From Lama glama (Eukaryota): a stretch of 64,000 bases of DNA. Made by a program: the position numbers and the translations under genes. Positions 48,976 to 60,470 of this stretch are shown piece by piece. The notes beneath the pieces are model-generated. The model ran no database searches, was not told the DNA's origin, and was given only the letters and a program-made list of their open reading frames with translations. How positions within the stretch are numbered: the stretch's first letter is position 1; each line of letters begins with the position of its first letter. The stretch spans positions 96,288,001-96,352,000 of the forward strand of contig CM052816.1 in the NCBI GenBank assembly GCA_028534125.1, in the 5' to 3' direction.

Positions 48976-51172
48976 TAATAAACATGTACGTTAAACTGAA
49001 AATACACAGTTCCCCGCTTTGTCTCTGAGGCTCCCAATAATGCCCCTGCTCCTCCAGCTGCTCAGCTCCTCCTCGGCTGTCTCTGCCTGAATTTCTCCAG
49101 CCTCAGGAGACTCTTCCCTCCCAACTGCCCAGCTTTCCTGGCCAAGCGATGCCTGGAGGCTGGGAAAGGTCACAGAGCCGTTTCTTTCCCACAGCCCCAG
49201 CATGGACAGTGTAAGGACACTTCCCAGGGGCTGAGAGAGAGCCTGTGGGGCAACATTATTAGACTGGGATCCATGCAGTAAAGTGGGGTCGGGGGGCCAT
49301 CCTGGGAACATGAGCATCCATCCATGCACTCTTCCTCCCCGGCTCCACACGCACATCCTCACTGCCATCGGCAGAACGTGCAGACTCCTCGAGACGCTTG
49401 GATGCTGCCCCGGTCCCTGAGACCCAGGCTCGGACAGATGCGTCTCAGAGACATCTCATTAACATGATCTAGCGGCTGTTTTTATTTTAGTTGATTTGAT
49501 GGTCAGGCCAGTATCATGTATACATAACCTTAATGTCTTGAAATAGCTCTGTCTTCATTTTCTTTTTGAAAGCCAAGATTCCACAGAGGGTTGTGGAAAC
49601 AGTCAGAGTGGCCTCCTCACTTGCCCCTTGAGAACGGAGAAGTTCAGGGGGCTGAGTGGGGCAAATGTCGATTTTCTCCCCCAGCCCCTAGAAAATTCCT
49701 GACACAAGACAGGATGTAACTCGGCAAGGAGAGGTGGGAGGCTCTCAGGGCCATGGGTGCTGAGCTGCCCCGCCAGTTATAGGGCTGTTTTTGCCTCACT
49801 GGGGACACTTTCCTCCCTCTGAATCCACTCCTCCTTCATCCTGTTGGGTCCACAATAAACAGTTACAAATGGGCACCATATTTTATTTAAAAATAAGTTG
49901 TCTCATTATGCTTAAGTTTGAAAATACATCTAAGACCAGAGAAATGTAAAATACTTTTTAAATTAATCAGTGATGGTTTTGATCTCCAATTCTAATGTGT
50001 ATCAAAAACTGCCATAGGGGTTTAGAGCTGAGCCCCTGATCCTTACTCATCTTCTGTGGTTGGTCTGACTCGGACCTTCACCTGCCTGCTACCTCCGTCA
50101 TGGAGAAATGGCTGGCCTTTCTCCTTCACTCCTTTTCCTCAGCTCATGTTTGGTTCAGAACTGCTTCCAGACCATGGTAGAGACAAAGGTAGAGACAGCA
50201 GATGGTTCTTTGTTGCTAAGTAATGTTACAATCCCATAAAATAATGTAGTTCTTCTTTACGATGAAGACAGTAAGCCTGAGGAAGAAGGAACCGTGACTG
50301 AGAATCTCACAGAAGGGAAACTTTCTGAATCTAAGCCGTGAATTCAGACAGGTGCGGGTTCGGCGGCTACCCTTGGTTAAACCCCTGCGGCGTGCTTACC
50401 TCTCTGCCCATGAAATCCTTGAGTCCACACTCTGTTCTGTAAACTGCAGGTGACCAAAAGGGAACTTAAGACATTGGTTCTGTCCTAAAGGAGCCCTGAG
50501 GCTGCTGGGGTTTGTGGTGGCGGGGGAGCCTGGTGCAGGAAACTTCTGCTCGGAGATCCTCAGAGGAGCCCAGAGCACAGCTGTCCTTCGGTGAAGACCG
50601 GGGCGGCCCGGGCCTCGGTGCACTGGGGAGTCGGTATCAAACATCCCCACGACGTGCGGGACTGTAAGTGTAGGCCTTTCTGTCTCTGCCAGCCCACTGG
50701 ATGCCTGACACTCGGACATTCCTTAGTTTTACTTTGCTCTTTCCATCGCGAGTCATTGTACCTTTTATTTAGATTTTACCGTAGTGGGTGGAGTATTCAG
50801 CTAGAACCAGAATTTTTAATCTTCTTCTCTCAAATGGCTTAATCCATAAATTTCATTTGATCAAAGATAATTTCCTATAGTTAATTGCTTTGATTCCTGG
50901 AAAGAAACTTGGATCTAAGCTTTTCTGTATTTGTCTGATCTTCCCGTGAGCCGATCTTTCTTGGTCAATGAGAAGCTCCCCACGCGACTTTTACTGATGG
51001 GATGAAAGTTCCGTGACACCCCGAACCGTGTGCCTGTCCTGGGTTCAGCCTGCCAGTGGCCAGGCCTGCTCCCATGCATCCCCTCTGCAGCCTGACCTCT
51101 CTGTGCCCCGGGCCCTGCATTTCCAGGAGACGCCCCACGGCAGTGTTGAGGATGGGGCGATGCTGAGTTAGT

Positions 51173-51195
51173 ATCATCATCATCATCATCATCAT
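51173..51195. repeat. (ATC)7 microsatellite
   Basis: Read directly from the sequence. Confidence 0.9.
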
Positions 51196-52139
51196 TATCA
51201 CTAGAATTGTTATTAGCTCAGCATAGTTTTATAGCAGCAAGGGAAGCGCTCAGACACTCAGCCTCGCTCTGTCCCCCGGTGGGCCAGGCCCTGAGTGGTG
51301 GCTCACACTTTTTTGTCCCCTTGACTTCAGAATCCCTGCCTCCCCATGCGGTTCTAATGCTCCTGCACAGGGAAGACTATTTCATTAAGCTTTGTATTCT
51401 GTAATTTCTATTTTAAAAATACATTAGCCTTCCTAATACAAAACCTTCCTACAATATTTAATGTCCCTTTTCATCCAGGACAGACCACCGTTTCCTTGTC
51501 TCCGAGGAGAAGGCTGAGGCTTGGAACACAAGCACACAGTTAAGAGCACGGGAAGTGGAGACTGGATTGGAGCTGGGCTGGGGGCACGGGGCGGTTACAG
51601 GCCAGTGCGGCTCCCTGATGGTGAAGTGGCTGAAGGTTCCTTCTGATTTCCCGTCATGCTGGGAGGACCTGTTCCCCCAGCTCTTGACATACCCCTCAGG
51701 GCAATGACACTGGAAGTGGTGGAAGTCCGTGTGACCTTGTGGTTTAAACTGGCAAGTGGAAAAGTTCCAGCAACTGGGCTGTGTCACAGATGCTCCGGCA
51801 AACTGTTCACAGTTCCAACAAGAAACATCTTTTCCTCTGTTAAACAAGGAACGATTTGGTGCCAAGGGAATTTATCAAGAGACCAGGAGGTCAGTTGGTG
51901 GGGGAGAGGGGGAAGTTAGGATGAGATATTAATTGGTGTAAATATTAGTTACAATGTGGACGGGTGTAAATACTGTTTGAAATAGTGCAAGGAACATTGT
52001 GTACATTCATCTTTCGGTCACCAGCTTCCTGCCATGTCTAGTGGTCCCACATGACCATGAGACAATCGTGATTATAGAATGACTGTGTGACCAAAAGCAT
52101 TTAGTCTTTGGATATTTGTAAATTCTGTTATTGGACTAC

Positions 52140-52925
52140 TGTAGTAGGAACATTTAACACGAAAGCCACCCTTTGTATGAATCTCTAAGTGCACGACGTA
52201 GCCCTGTCCACTGCAGACACGGTGTCGCAGAGCAGACCTCTAGGACGTGCTCTTCACACTGACCTGAGACTTCATACTCCTTGAACAGCACCTGTCCACT
52301 CCCTCTCCTCCAGCCCCGGGCAACCACCGCTCCACCTTCTGCTTCTATGAGCTTGACTATTTAGATTCCACATAGAAGTGGGGTCACGTGGCATTTGTCT
52401 TTCCGTGACTGGCTTATTTTCACTAGCGCAGACATCCATTGTTTCATCCATTTTGTGGCGTATGACAGGATTTCCTTCTACTCCGACTGAATAATATTTC
52501 ATTATAAATTATGTAATGATAAAATATCACTTTTTCTTTATCCATTCACCTATCAAGGAACGTCATTTACATTATTTCCATATCCTGGCTCTTGTGTGAA
52601 CATGGGGGTGCAGGTGTCTGTGATCTTGATTTCAGTTCTTTTGGGTAAATACTCGGAAGTGGCATTGCAGCATCATATGGTTGCTCTGTTTCTGCATCTT
52701 TGAGGAACCACCGTACTGTGTTCCCTGGTGGCTGTGCCATTTTGCATTTGCACCCACAGCCTACAAGCGTTCCATTCTCTCCAAATCCTCACCAGCACTA
52801 TTATCTATTATTATCTTTTTCCTATAATACCTATCCTGACAGGGGTGAAGTGATGTCTCATTGTGGTTTTGAATTGCATTTCCCTGATAATTAGTGATGT
52901 CAAGTATCTTTTCATGTTGGCCATC
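52140..52925 (-). mobile_element. LINE-1 3' end (L1MA10/L1MB1-like)
   Basis: ggaacatttaacacga...agcagacctctagga...ttagattccacata...tttgaggaaccaccgtactg...ctcattgtggttttgaattgcatttccctgataattagtgatg. Same family as 15328-15853. Confidence 0.85.
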
Positions 52926-53541
52926 CTGGCTCGTCACGTGATATGAAAAGCATGTAACTCTTAGATTATGCGGTTGGTTCTCATTTGGGCTCCAACACCA
53001 TCAAGACAAAGCATTAGAGCCTCCTGAGCCCGACTGCCACGTGCACATCTGGACACGCAGGCTTTGTCACGACTGCTATTCCAAGGCATGGTGACTTTTC
53101 TGTGCCTCAGTGTGTGGTGTGCAAACATCTGTACTACAGACCAACTTCAGCTCAGGTTACAGACAGAGAAAAACTGCCAGCAAGCATTTCCCTCCTACCC
53201 CGCCTCCCGCAAGAATAGATATGGGAGAGGGGTTTTGAAAATTTTACAGTCTAGGCAGACATACGTTGATTGCAAGGAAGAACATTGCCATGTACACAGC
53301 GTTGCCTGCAGTCTGATACACCCATGCTGGCGTATTAGATGCTTACAAACACCGCCTGAAAGAATGGGAGGAACTGGAAGAACATGGGGAGGAATATGCA
53401 AAGCCAGGTGGAGGCCCCAGGTACCCCCCTGGGAGCGCTCAGTGGTGTACACGACACCTTCCTGCAGGGCAGACTCTGTAGCCACGTCAGGTCGGTCAGA
53501 TTGGGATTTCAGAAGTGGTGTGACTTTGTGTCCCTTCCCAG

Positions 53542-53712
53542 TGGACGGCATGTGGTCTTGCTGGTCGCCCTGGTCCAAGTGCTCAGCGACATGCGGAGGT
53601 GGACACTACATGAGGACCCGCTCGTGCACAAACCCAGCACCCGCCTACGGAGGCGACATCTGCCTGGGGCTGCACACGGAAGAGGCGCTCTGTAACACGC
53701 AGCCCTGCCCCG
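53542..53712 (+). CDS. SEMA5A: SEMA5A coding exon, 171 nt, TSR
   Basis: Acceptor tgtcccttcccag|TG, donor CCG|gtaagc. Encodes (V)DGMWSCWSPWSKCSATCGGGHYMRTRSCTNPAPAYGGDICLGLHTEEALCNTQPCP. Phase 1-1. Confidence 0.96.
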
Positions 53713-55246
53713 GTAAGCCGCCCCCACCCTGCCCACTGCCCGACATCGGGACGAATGCACCCTTTTCCTTGATGGAGAAATGTTGGAATTGATGAAGTCA
53801 CATCACAATAGGCACCCGCACTGCTGAGGGTGAACTGACTTCATAACACGTTGTCCTACAGGGGAACACTTCACACCTTCGGGTAGTTAACTAGTCACAG
53901 AAACTGCTGATAACCAAGCTTTCTTGACATGTGTAACCAGGTAACTGGATCCGACATTCTGCTGCTGATAATCAGGGTGGGGAACCAGGAGAGACTTTGT
54001 GAAATTGCTTCATAGGAAGACCCCCCCAGGACCGTGAGCCAGGGGGTCCGGGCTGGAAGCTGGCAGGCACAGGGGCCCCGGGGATGCCCAGCAGTGGCTT
54101 CTCCATCCAAGAGTCAGCTTTGTTTTCTCACCTAAAGTACCACTTGGGATGAAAAGGAGACACTCGCCTCTGAGTCTAACTTCGACTTTGAGACACTCAT
54201 TTATACATATATTTCTAACTTGCTCCTGCAGATTCTTCTGGAAGGTCCCATTTATATTGAAAAGTGCCTAAGACCCAATTGTCAGTCATTCCCAAAATGA
54301 ACACTTCACATATTTCTAAGGAAAAATTGTACTCTTTAAAATGGATCAAAACTCAAGTTTGGTTTCTGAATTTTCCCCTAACTGCAGACAACGCTTAAAT
54401 TTAAAAAAAGGAAAAAAGCCAACTGCATAGAACAAAATCTTTTTTTATGTTATTGATATTTCATAAATAATATTGAGTTCATTTTTTAACCTCCTTACTT
54501 AAAATATGAGTGTCAGTCCTCTCTTTTCACACATCTGTAGGCCTAGGTAAATTTAACAAAATCCTAGTGAATCTTCCACTTTGAGGTGAAGTGACCTTAG
54601 CTGGCCCATCCTTGGGCCTTGACCCAGACTTGTGCATTGATCGTGTGTGCTTCAGTAACAGAAAACACAGGATAAAATGAATTCTGCCACAAGCACAGCC
54701 TGCCTTTGGTGCACTGACCATGCAGAATTGTTTTCATAGCAGCAGAGAAAGTGCCTGTAGTAGCTTGAACCCCCTTTCAGCATCCAGGGCTTTCTCATGG
54801 GCACACCGTCATCTCTTTTGTCCGAGCTCTGAGACCTGGAGGAATTTTGCTGGGCGACATTTGAGGGTCGCTCTTCACAGTGAGCATGACCCTATAGGAG
54901 TGGTGTCTGCAGTGATAATTCCTCCCCGGACGGTGGAAAGAAAGACCGTGCACAGCCAGACCTCATGGATTGGCTTAGAGTGTCTAATACAGTTACTTTA
55001 GAGCATTAAAATAATGTGGGTTTTAGAAAATGTATTTTAAGCGATTATTTCTAATCAAAGATGTACGAGTTCTTTTATTCATGCTCCTGGACTGGTCAGA
55101 AGACACAGGTCCATCTTATTTATACACAGACCCATTAAAAACACCACACGGGAACTTAAAGTAACACAGAGAAGCCGACAGTGCTTCCAGGATGGTTGAT
55201 CTTAGTGGGCATTTTTGCCACATCTCCCCTCTTCCTGCCACTGCAG

Positions 55247-55402
55247 AGAGCTGGTCGGAGTGGTCAGACTGGTCCGAGTGTGATGTGTCTGGGGTCCAGG
55301 TCCGCATCCGCCAGTGCATCCTGCTGTTCCCCGTGGGCAGCCAGTGTTCCGGAAACACCTCGGAGAGCCGGCCGTGCGTTTTTGATTCCAATTTCATCCC
55401 AG
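55247..55402 (+). CDS. SEMA5A: SEMA5A coding exon, 156 nt, last TSR
   Basis: Acceptor cttcctgccactgcag|AG, donor CAG|gtaagg. Encodes (E)SWSEWSDWSECDVSGVQVRIRQCILLFPVGSQCSGNTSESRPCVFDSNFIP. Phase 1-1. Confidence 0.96.
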
Positions 55403-56173
55403 GTAAGGGGGTGGGGGTGGTGCTCGTCCGTGTGAACAAAATTGTTTTCAGCATTTCAAGAGGAAACGATTCGTAGGTAGAAGTTTTTATCTGTTCTTTG
55501 AGGTCCTGTTTGGTGAAACAGTGGTGCTTCAGTCTTGTGGTTTCAAGGTGATCAGAGATTTGTGCGTAACTGCTGTTGTAGATTTTAATTTAGGCCATAA
55601 GTTTTAAGATTTTTAAGCACAGTGTCTTCTACAATTTATTGACTATAACAGAGTCAGAATAGCTTGTTCAAAAAATGAAAGTTTGGTTGTTTTAATATTA
55701 GGTTAAATGCTTTGGCAATGCTGTGCGTACGTGTGTGCACAGAGGGAAAACGGCCATTCTCATCACACAACCTCAGTGTATTAGGGAAAGTGGAAACCTG
55801 TCCTTGGCGTCATCTTGGAGAAGAGGTTGGCTGGCCCTGTTGCCACAGGCTTTCCCGTGTGAAATCGATGATTAGTTATCAGTGAAGGTCCGTCACCTGT
55901 CGCATGCTTACCGGAGGCCTGGTCCTGGGCACTTATAAATCACTTCACATATGCCCACTGTGCGCCTTAGGACTCCCACAGGGACCAAAGCAGAGACCAG
56001 CTTCTTACAAGGTTATAAATAATAGCTTGTTTTCCTCTATTTATGGAAAAGGTAATAATATTTTAGAAAAAGCTATCAGCTTCAGCCTCATAAGCTTCAC
56101 CTCAAGTCTCCTGTGGCCTAGAACTGCAAGAGGATTTATTGGGGTTTTTAAAATTTTTTTTGTTTCATCTTTT

Positions 56174-56285
56174 GGGGGAGTAATTAGGTTTATTTTTTTT
56201 ATTTATTTAATGGAGATACAGGAGATTGAACCCGTGCCCTCATGCATGCAAAGCGTACACTCCACCACTGAGCTATATCCTCCCC
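56174..56285 (-). mobile_element. tRNA-derived SINE, Vic-1-like (camelid)
   Basis: Reverse complement reads ggggaggatatagctcagtgg (A box)...gggttcaatc (B box)...tccattaaataaat...aaacctaattactccccc, with a T-rich tail to the left. Confidence 0.85.
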
Positions 56286-56348
56286 TCACAGAAAGGTCCC
56301 TTTCCTAAGCATATGTTCTTTTTTTATAGTGGGGGGGGGATGCTTACA

Positions 56349-56447
56349 GGGAGGAAATTAGGTTTATTTATTTATGTATTTTTTTAATGGGGATACTGGG
56401 GATTGAACCCAGGACCTTGTACATGCAAAGCATGCTATGCCCTCCCC
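56349..56447 (-). mobile_element. Second Vic-1-like SINE with an internal deletion
   Basis: aattaggtttatttattt...ggatactggggattgaacccaggacct...ccctcccc. Aligns to the neighbouring copy except for 15 missing nt in the A-box region. Confidence 0.82.
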
Positions 56448-57124
56448 ACCCTCAGAGTGTTTATTATTGTTGCTTCCTTTGTAACCGGAGACATATTTTT
56501 AATTCTTGTTATTGAACAGAAGATCAGTACAGGAGAGGGTAGCCTTCCTGGACTCCTGGAATGGTGTTTATCCTTGGGGGTCTGACGTTTGTGTGGATCT
56601 CTCCTTTTACTGGCGTCTTACTTGTGGGTTTCACATGGGGCGTGGCCAAGAGCACGAACGGGCTCTGTCATAAGTTATGACCGCTTCCTCTGAGTTCTGG
56701 GGGGGTGGCCCCCCACTATAGGGAAAGTGACAGTACTGGCTTTGATGAGACAAAACCTCTGAGGCAGGAACCCCAGGCAGACACGTAGGTTTCCACAGCT
56801 GGCAGAATACATTGTAACAGAAAATCAGCACATACTCTGGCCTTGTTTTGAAACTAATGCCCTGGTTTTGCCCAAGAGACCACAGCATTTTCTTTTTGTG
56901 ATAATGAATTTCATCCCTTCCCAATCAAGGTGACCTTGACCAAACACATCTGCAGTTGATTAAAACTAACAAACACATATTATTTTTTAAAAAATAATCT
57001 GGCTTTTGGAAACTCTGACTCACATAAAACTCAAACTCATTAGACATTTTATAAGTGAATCATTACTGCACTCTTCCTCCACAACTCCCTTTACACATTG
57101 TGATTGATTATTTGTTTTTTCCAG

Positions 57125-57172
57125 AAGTATCCGTGGCAAGATCCAGCAGCGTAGAAGAGAAAAGGTGTGGAG
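57125..57172 (+). CDS. SEMA5A: SEMA5A coding exon, 48 nt, juxtamembrane stalk
   Basis: Acceptor tttgttttttccag|AA, donor GAG|gtaagt. Encodes (E)VSVARSSSVEEKRCG, the stretch that precedes the transmembrane helix in SEMA5A. Phase 1-1. Confidence 0.93.
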
Positions 57173-57356
57173 GTAAGTTCTTCTTTTTAATCAATTTCTG
57201 GTGTATTTCTGACATTTTCCAATCATTTCTCTTCCTGCGTGTTTTGTATAATGTTTCTGCTATTGGCTCAGGAAAACAGGCTGGGGAAACTCTTGGACCC
57301 AAACACCATCTATTTCAACAGCACAGATGCCAGGAGTACACATTTGACATCTGGAT

Positions 57357-57530
57357 CAGTGGTTCTCAAGCCTGGTCCTCACACAGCATCATCAGTATCA
57401 CGTGGGAACTCACTAGGCATGCAGATTCCCAGGCCTTGCCTCAATCTGTGGACTCAGAACCTCTCTGAGTGGGGCCCAGTGCTCTGTGGCTTAATTAGCC
57501 CTTCAGGTGATGCTGGTGGCTATAAGCTTT
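57357..57530. mobile_element. MER5A-like hAT-Charlie MITE
   Basis: cagtggttctcaa...cagcatcatcagtatcacgtgggaactc..tgcagattcccaggcc..tcagaacctctctgagtggggccc..gcccttcaggtgatgctg. Confidence 0.85.
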
Positions 57531-58764
57531 ATGATCCAGGGACCTAGGCATTAGCTGCAGTTAGACTTCCCATGAGTAAAACAGAATTCAGCCATCGTAT
57601 TTGTATAGTTTGGATAGTACACATCCAAGGCAGCCAGCCTCAAACCTCCAAACTGCCGAAATGACGAAATAGTACGATTTTACGATGGGAACAAGGACAT
57701 AGCCTATATCTCTAGAGGTATTTTTCAAACTTCCTGCAACCCTGAATGACAGAAGTCACGTTGTCTGGCTCAATCCCGTGACGCTTTTGGACTTTCCCAT
57801 CTAGTCTAGTTCAGTCCTGGCTGGCTGGGAGGGGCTGGCTGTCCATCACTCAGAGCCCAGCCCTGGTCCACCTTTGGTGCTCAGAGCCCAACATCCACAC
57901 ACAAGACCAGTGTCTTCCCACATGCGGCCAATGACTAGACAGCACCGTTCCCAGCACGATCCATTCCAGACAGCGCAGCGCAGCCGGCTTTGGTCTCTCC
58001 TTACGTTCAGAAGGAATCTGCAGTTTAATAGGTGTGTTTCAGGAATTATGTGCTGTTATTAATGACATTAAGAGCCCACTATCTGTTACACTCCGTTTGA
58101 TCAGCCACCTGTTAACCCATTTGTTCAGTCATCTTTGCTGAGCGCCCACTCCGTGCCAGTTTTGTGAGGGGTGTTGATCTTCCCGTGGGGACTCTAGAAC
58201 CAAAAGTCACAGCCCAGGAGAGCCTGGTGCCTGAGAAAGGCGATGTCTGGTGCCTGACGTGAGTCTGTTCAGTGAGTTCACAGACTGGCAGCCGCTCCCT
58301 TGGGGTCCAGCTGCAAGACGAATATTGACGAGTTCTCATAAAAATAATTGCAGCCTTGAGTGCCCCTTAATAGTTCTAGATCAGTCGTTCTGTGTCACCT
58401 TATAAAATGACAAGAGGTATCCTGTGTGGTCCTCACAGAGACCCTTCGTGTGGACACCAGAGCTCACGGCTCTTTGCACAGAACCCCTGGGGAGAGAGGA
58501 GGGTTTGGAAGTGAGCGTTTTTCAGATTACAGATGGGGAACGTGGGACACACACTGCATATCCGGGGACCATGCTCCATGACCCAGCTCTCGAGCAATGT
58601 CGCTGTGAAATGTGGGTGACGTGAGGCTGCTGCCGACTGTCCCCCCTGGCAGTTCTGGTTGGCTCTGTAGCCAAAGGTCCGGTCAGGTCAGGCTGCGCTG
58701 CAGGTGAGGGACGAAAAATGATTTTGAGAGATTTGGGTTTGGGGGGTTGCAGGAAAGGGGTAAC

Positions 58765-58880
58765 AGCCACACCTTTTCATCTGCGTTTTATAAAGAAGGA
58801 TCATGAGGGTCAGAGAGCCAAGGTTCGCACAAACAGCCCAGGTGGAGCTGACTTTGGATCCAGGCAGTGGGATCCCAGTG
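58765..58880 (-). mobile_element. MIR fragment
   Basis: cgttttataaagaagga..tgagggtcagagag..ccaaggttcgcaca..ggtggagctgactttggatccaggcagt. Confidence 0.55.
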
Positions 58881-59970
58881 TGAGCTTCGAGCCCGGAGCA
58901 CCACAGGGGAAGGGTCCTGGTACAGAGCACCCCGGAGGATGGTGTCTGGGCTGTGCCACCACAGCAGCCCTGGCCAGGTGACACTCTTGGGCAACACTTG
59001 GGACCCAGTGGAGCAGAGTTCGCAAGGAGTGGTCCTGTCCCGAGGGAGGTCAGGGCAGAGCCTGGGGGCAGCCGGCTGCCGCCTCCCCAGAGTGACTGGC
59101 TGCCTCCGACCGCTTTCCTTGGCCAGCCCTCTCCGGGTTAGGATGCGGGCGCTCTTCCCAAGGCCCCGAGGATCCAGAAAGATGTGATGCAAAAAGCCCA
59201 CCTCCTTCCTCCAGCGCTGCATGTTCGGACCAGCTGTGCCAACGGCTTCAACCGCAGCAAGCCTCCAGGTGCTGGGAGTATATCTCAGACACTGTCATTG
59301 CTCTGCAACCTTCAGAGCCGATTGCTTAGTTCTTCAGGCTGCTGACACTGACGCCCCAGAGTAGGCGGGTTAAGAGGTCAGAGGGGGCTAACTGTGGGAC
59401 TGGCAGGCAAAAGCAGCTACCTAGCAAGGACGTTTGGGGATGTTGAGGGGACAACATAGATGTCTTTTTCCAGTTTGTGGAAAAATCAGTCCAACTTTGC
59501 ACAGAAAAGCAGCCAGTTGAACCAACTGGGTCATTGGTCTCTAGCTTTACTGACCAAAAACAACAGCAAAAATCATCTTCAAAGCAAAGAGCCACATTAA
59601 GCAGATTCAAGAGACTTAATAGGCATGATTTTTCCCTTGTGCAGAAGAATGTAGGCCTATTGAAATGTTTCCACTTAGAGAGCTATTTTTAGTTGCATGA
59701 GACACAAAGACAATATATTTCTCATAAAGATGTCAGCTGGCCCCCGCCTTCCCCAGGCACCTGCGGAAATGATTCATTTGACTAATGACCCAGCGTCTGC
59801 ATATGGAGAGAGTCGTACATCTTCCATAGGTTACAATATAATATGTTATCAGTGCAGCAGAAGTGCATTTATCTGTACGTGGCACTGACCCTGGAGAGTC
59901 CAAAGCACTGAAAGATGGAGAAATAGCAACACATGTGAGATCCTCTCTTGCTTATCTCGAGGGCAGCTTC

Positions 59971-60470
59971 NNNNNNNNNNNNNNNNNNNNNNNNNNNNNN
60001 NNNNNNNNNNNNNNNNNNNNNNNNNNNNNNNNNNNNNNNNNNNNNNNNNNNNNNNNNNNNNNNNNNNNNNNNNNNNNNNNNNNNNNNNNNNNNNNNNNNN
60101 NNNNNNNNNNNNNNNNNNNNNNNNNNNNNNNNNNNNNNNNNNNNNNNNNNNNNNNNNNNNNNNNNNNNNNNNNNNNNNNNNNNNNNNNNNNNNNNNNNNN
60201 NNNNNNNNNNNNNNNNNNNNNNNNNNNNNNNNNNNNNNNNNNNNNNNNNNNNNNNNNNNNNNNNNNNNNNNNNNNNNNNNNNNNNNNNNNNNNNNNNNNN
60301 NNNNNNNNNNNNNNNNNNNNNNNNNNNNNNNNNNNNNNNNNNNNNNNNNNNNNNNNNNNNNNNNNNNNNNNNNNNNNNNNNNNNNNNNNNNNNNNNNNNN
60401 NNNNNNNNNNNNNNNNNNNNNNNNNNNNNNNNNNNNNNNNNNNNNNNNNNNNNNNNNNNNNNNNNNNNNN
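59971..60470. other. Assembly gap (exactly 500 N)
   Basis: Fixed-length N run, so the true size is unknown. Confidence 0.99.

Noticed and set aside
53064..53541. In-frame upstream extension of the 171-nt exon (242-aa ORF)
   Set aside because: A canonical acceptor at 53541 explains the exon. The extension has no domain features and a non-ATG start.
53713..55246. Counterpart of the human intronic microRNA I recall near the 3' part of SEMA5A (MIR4636)
   Set aside because: I could see no long perfect hairpin in this intron, and my recollection of its position is unverified.
56174..56285. tRNA gene
   Set aside because: It has A and B boxes but also the SINE-specific AT-rich tail, and no intact cloverleaf or acceptor stem. 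Called a SINE.
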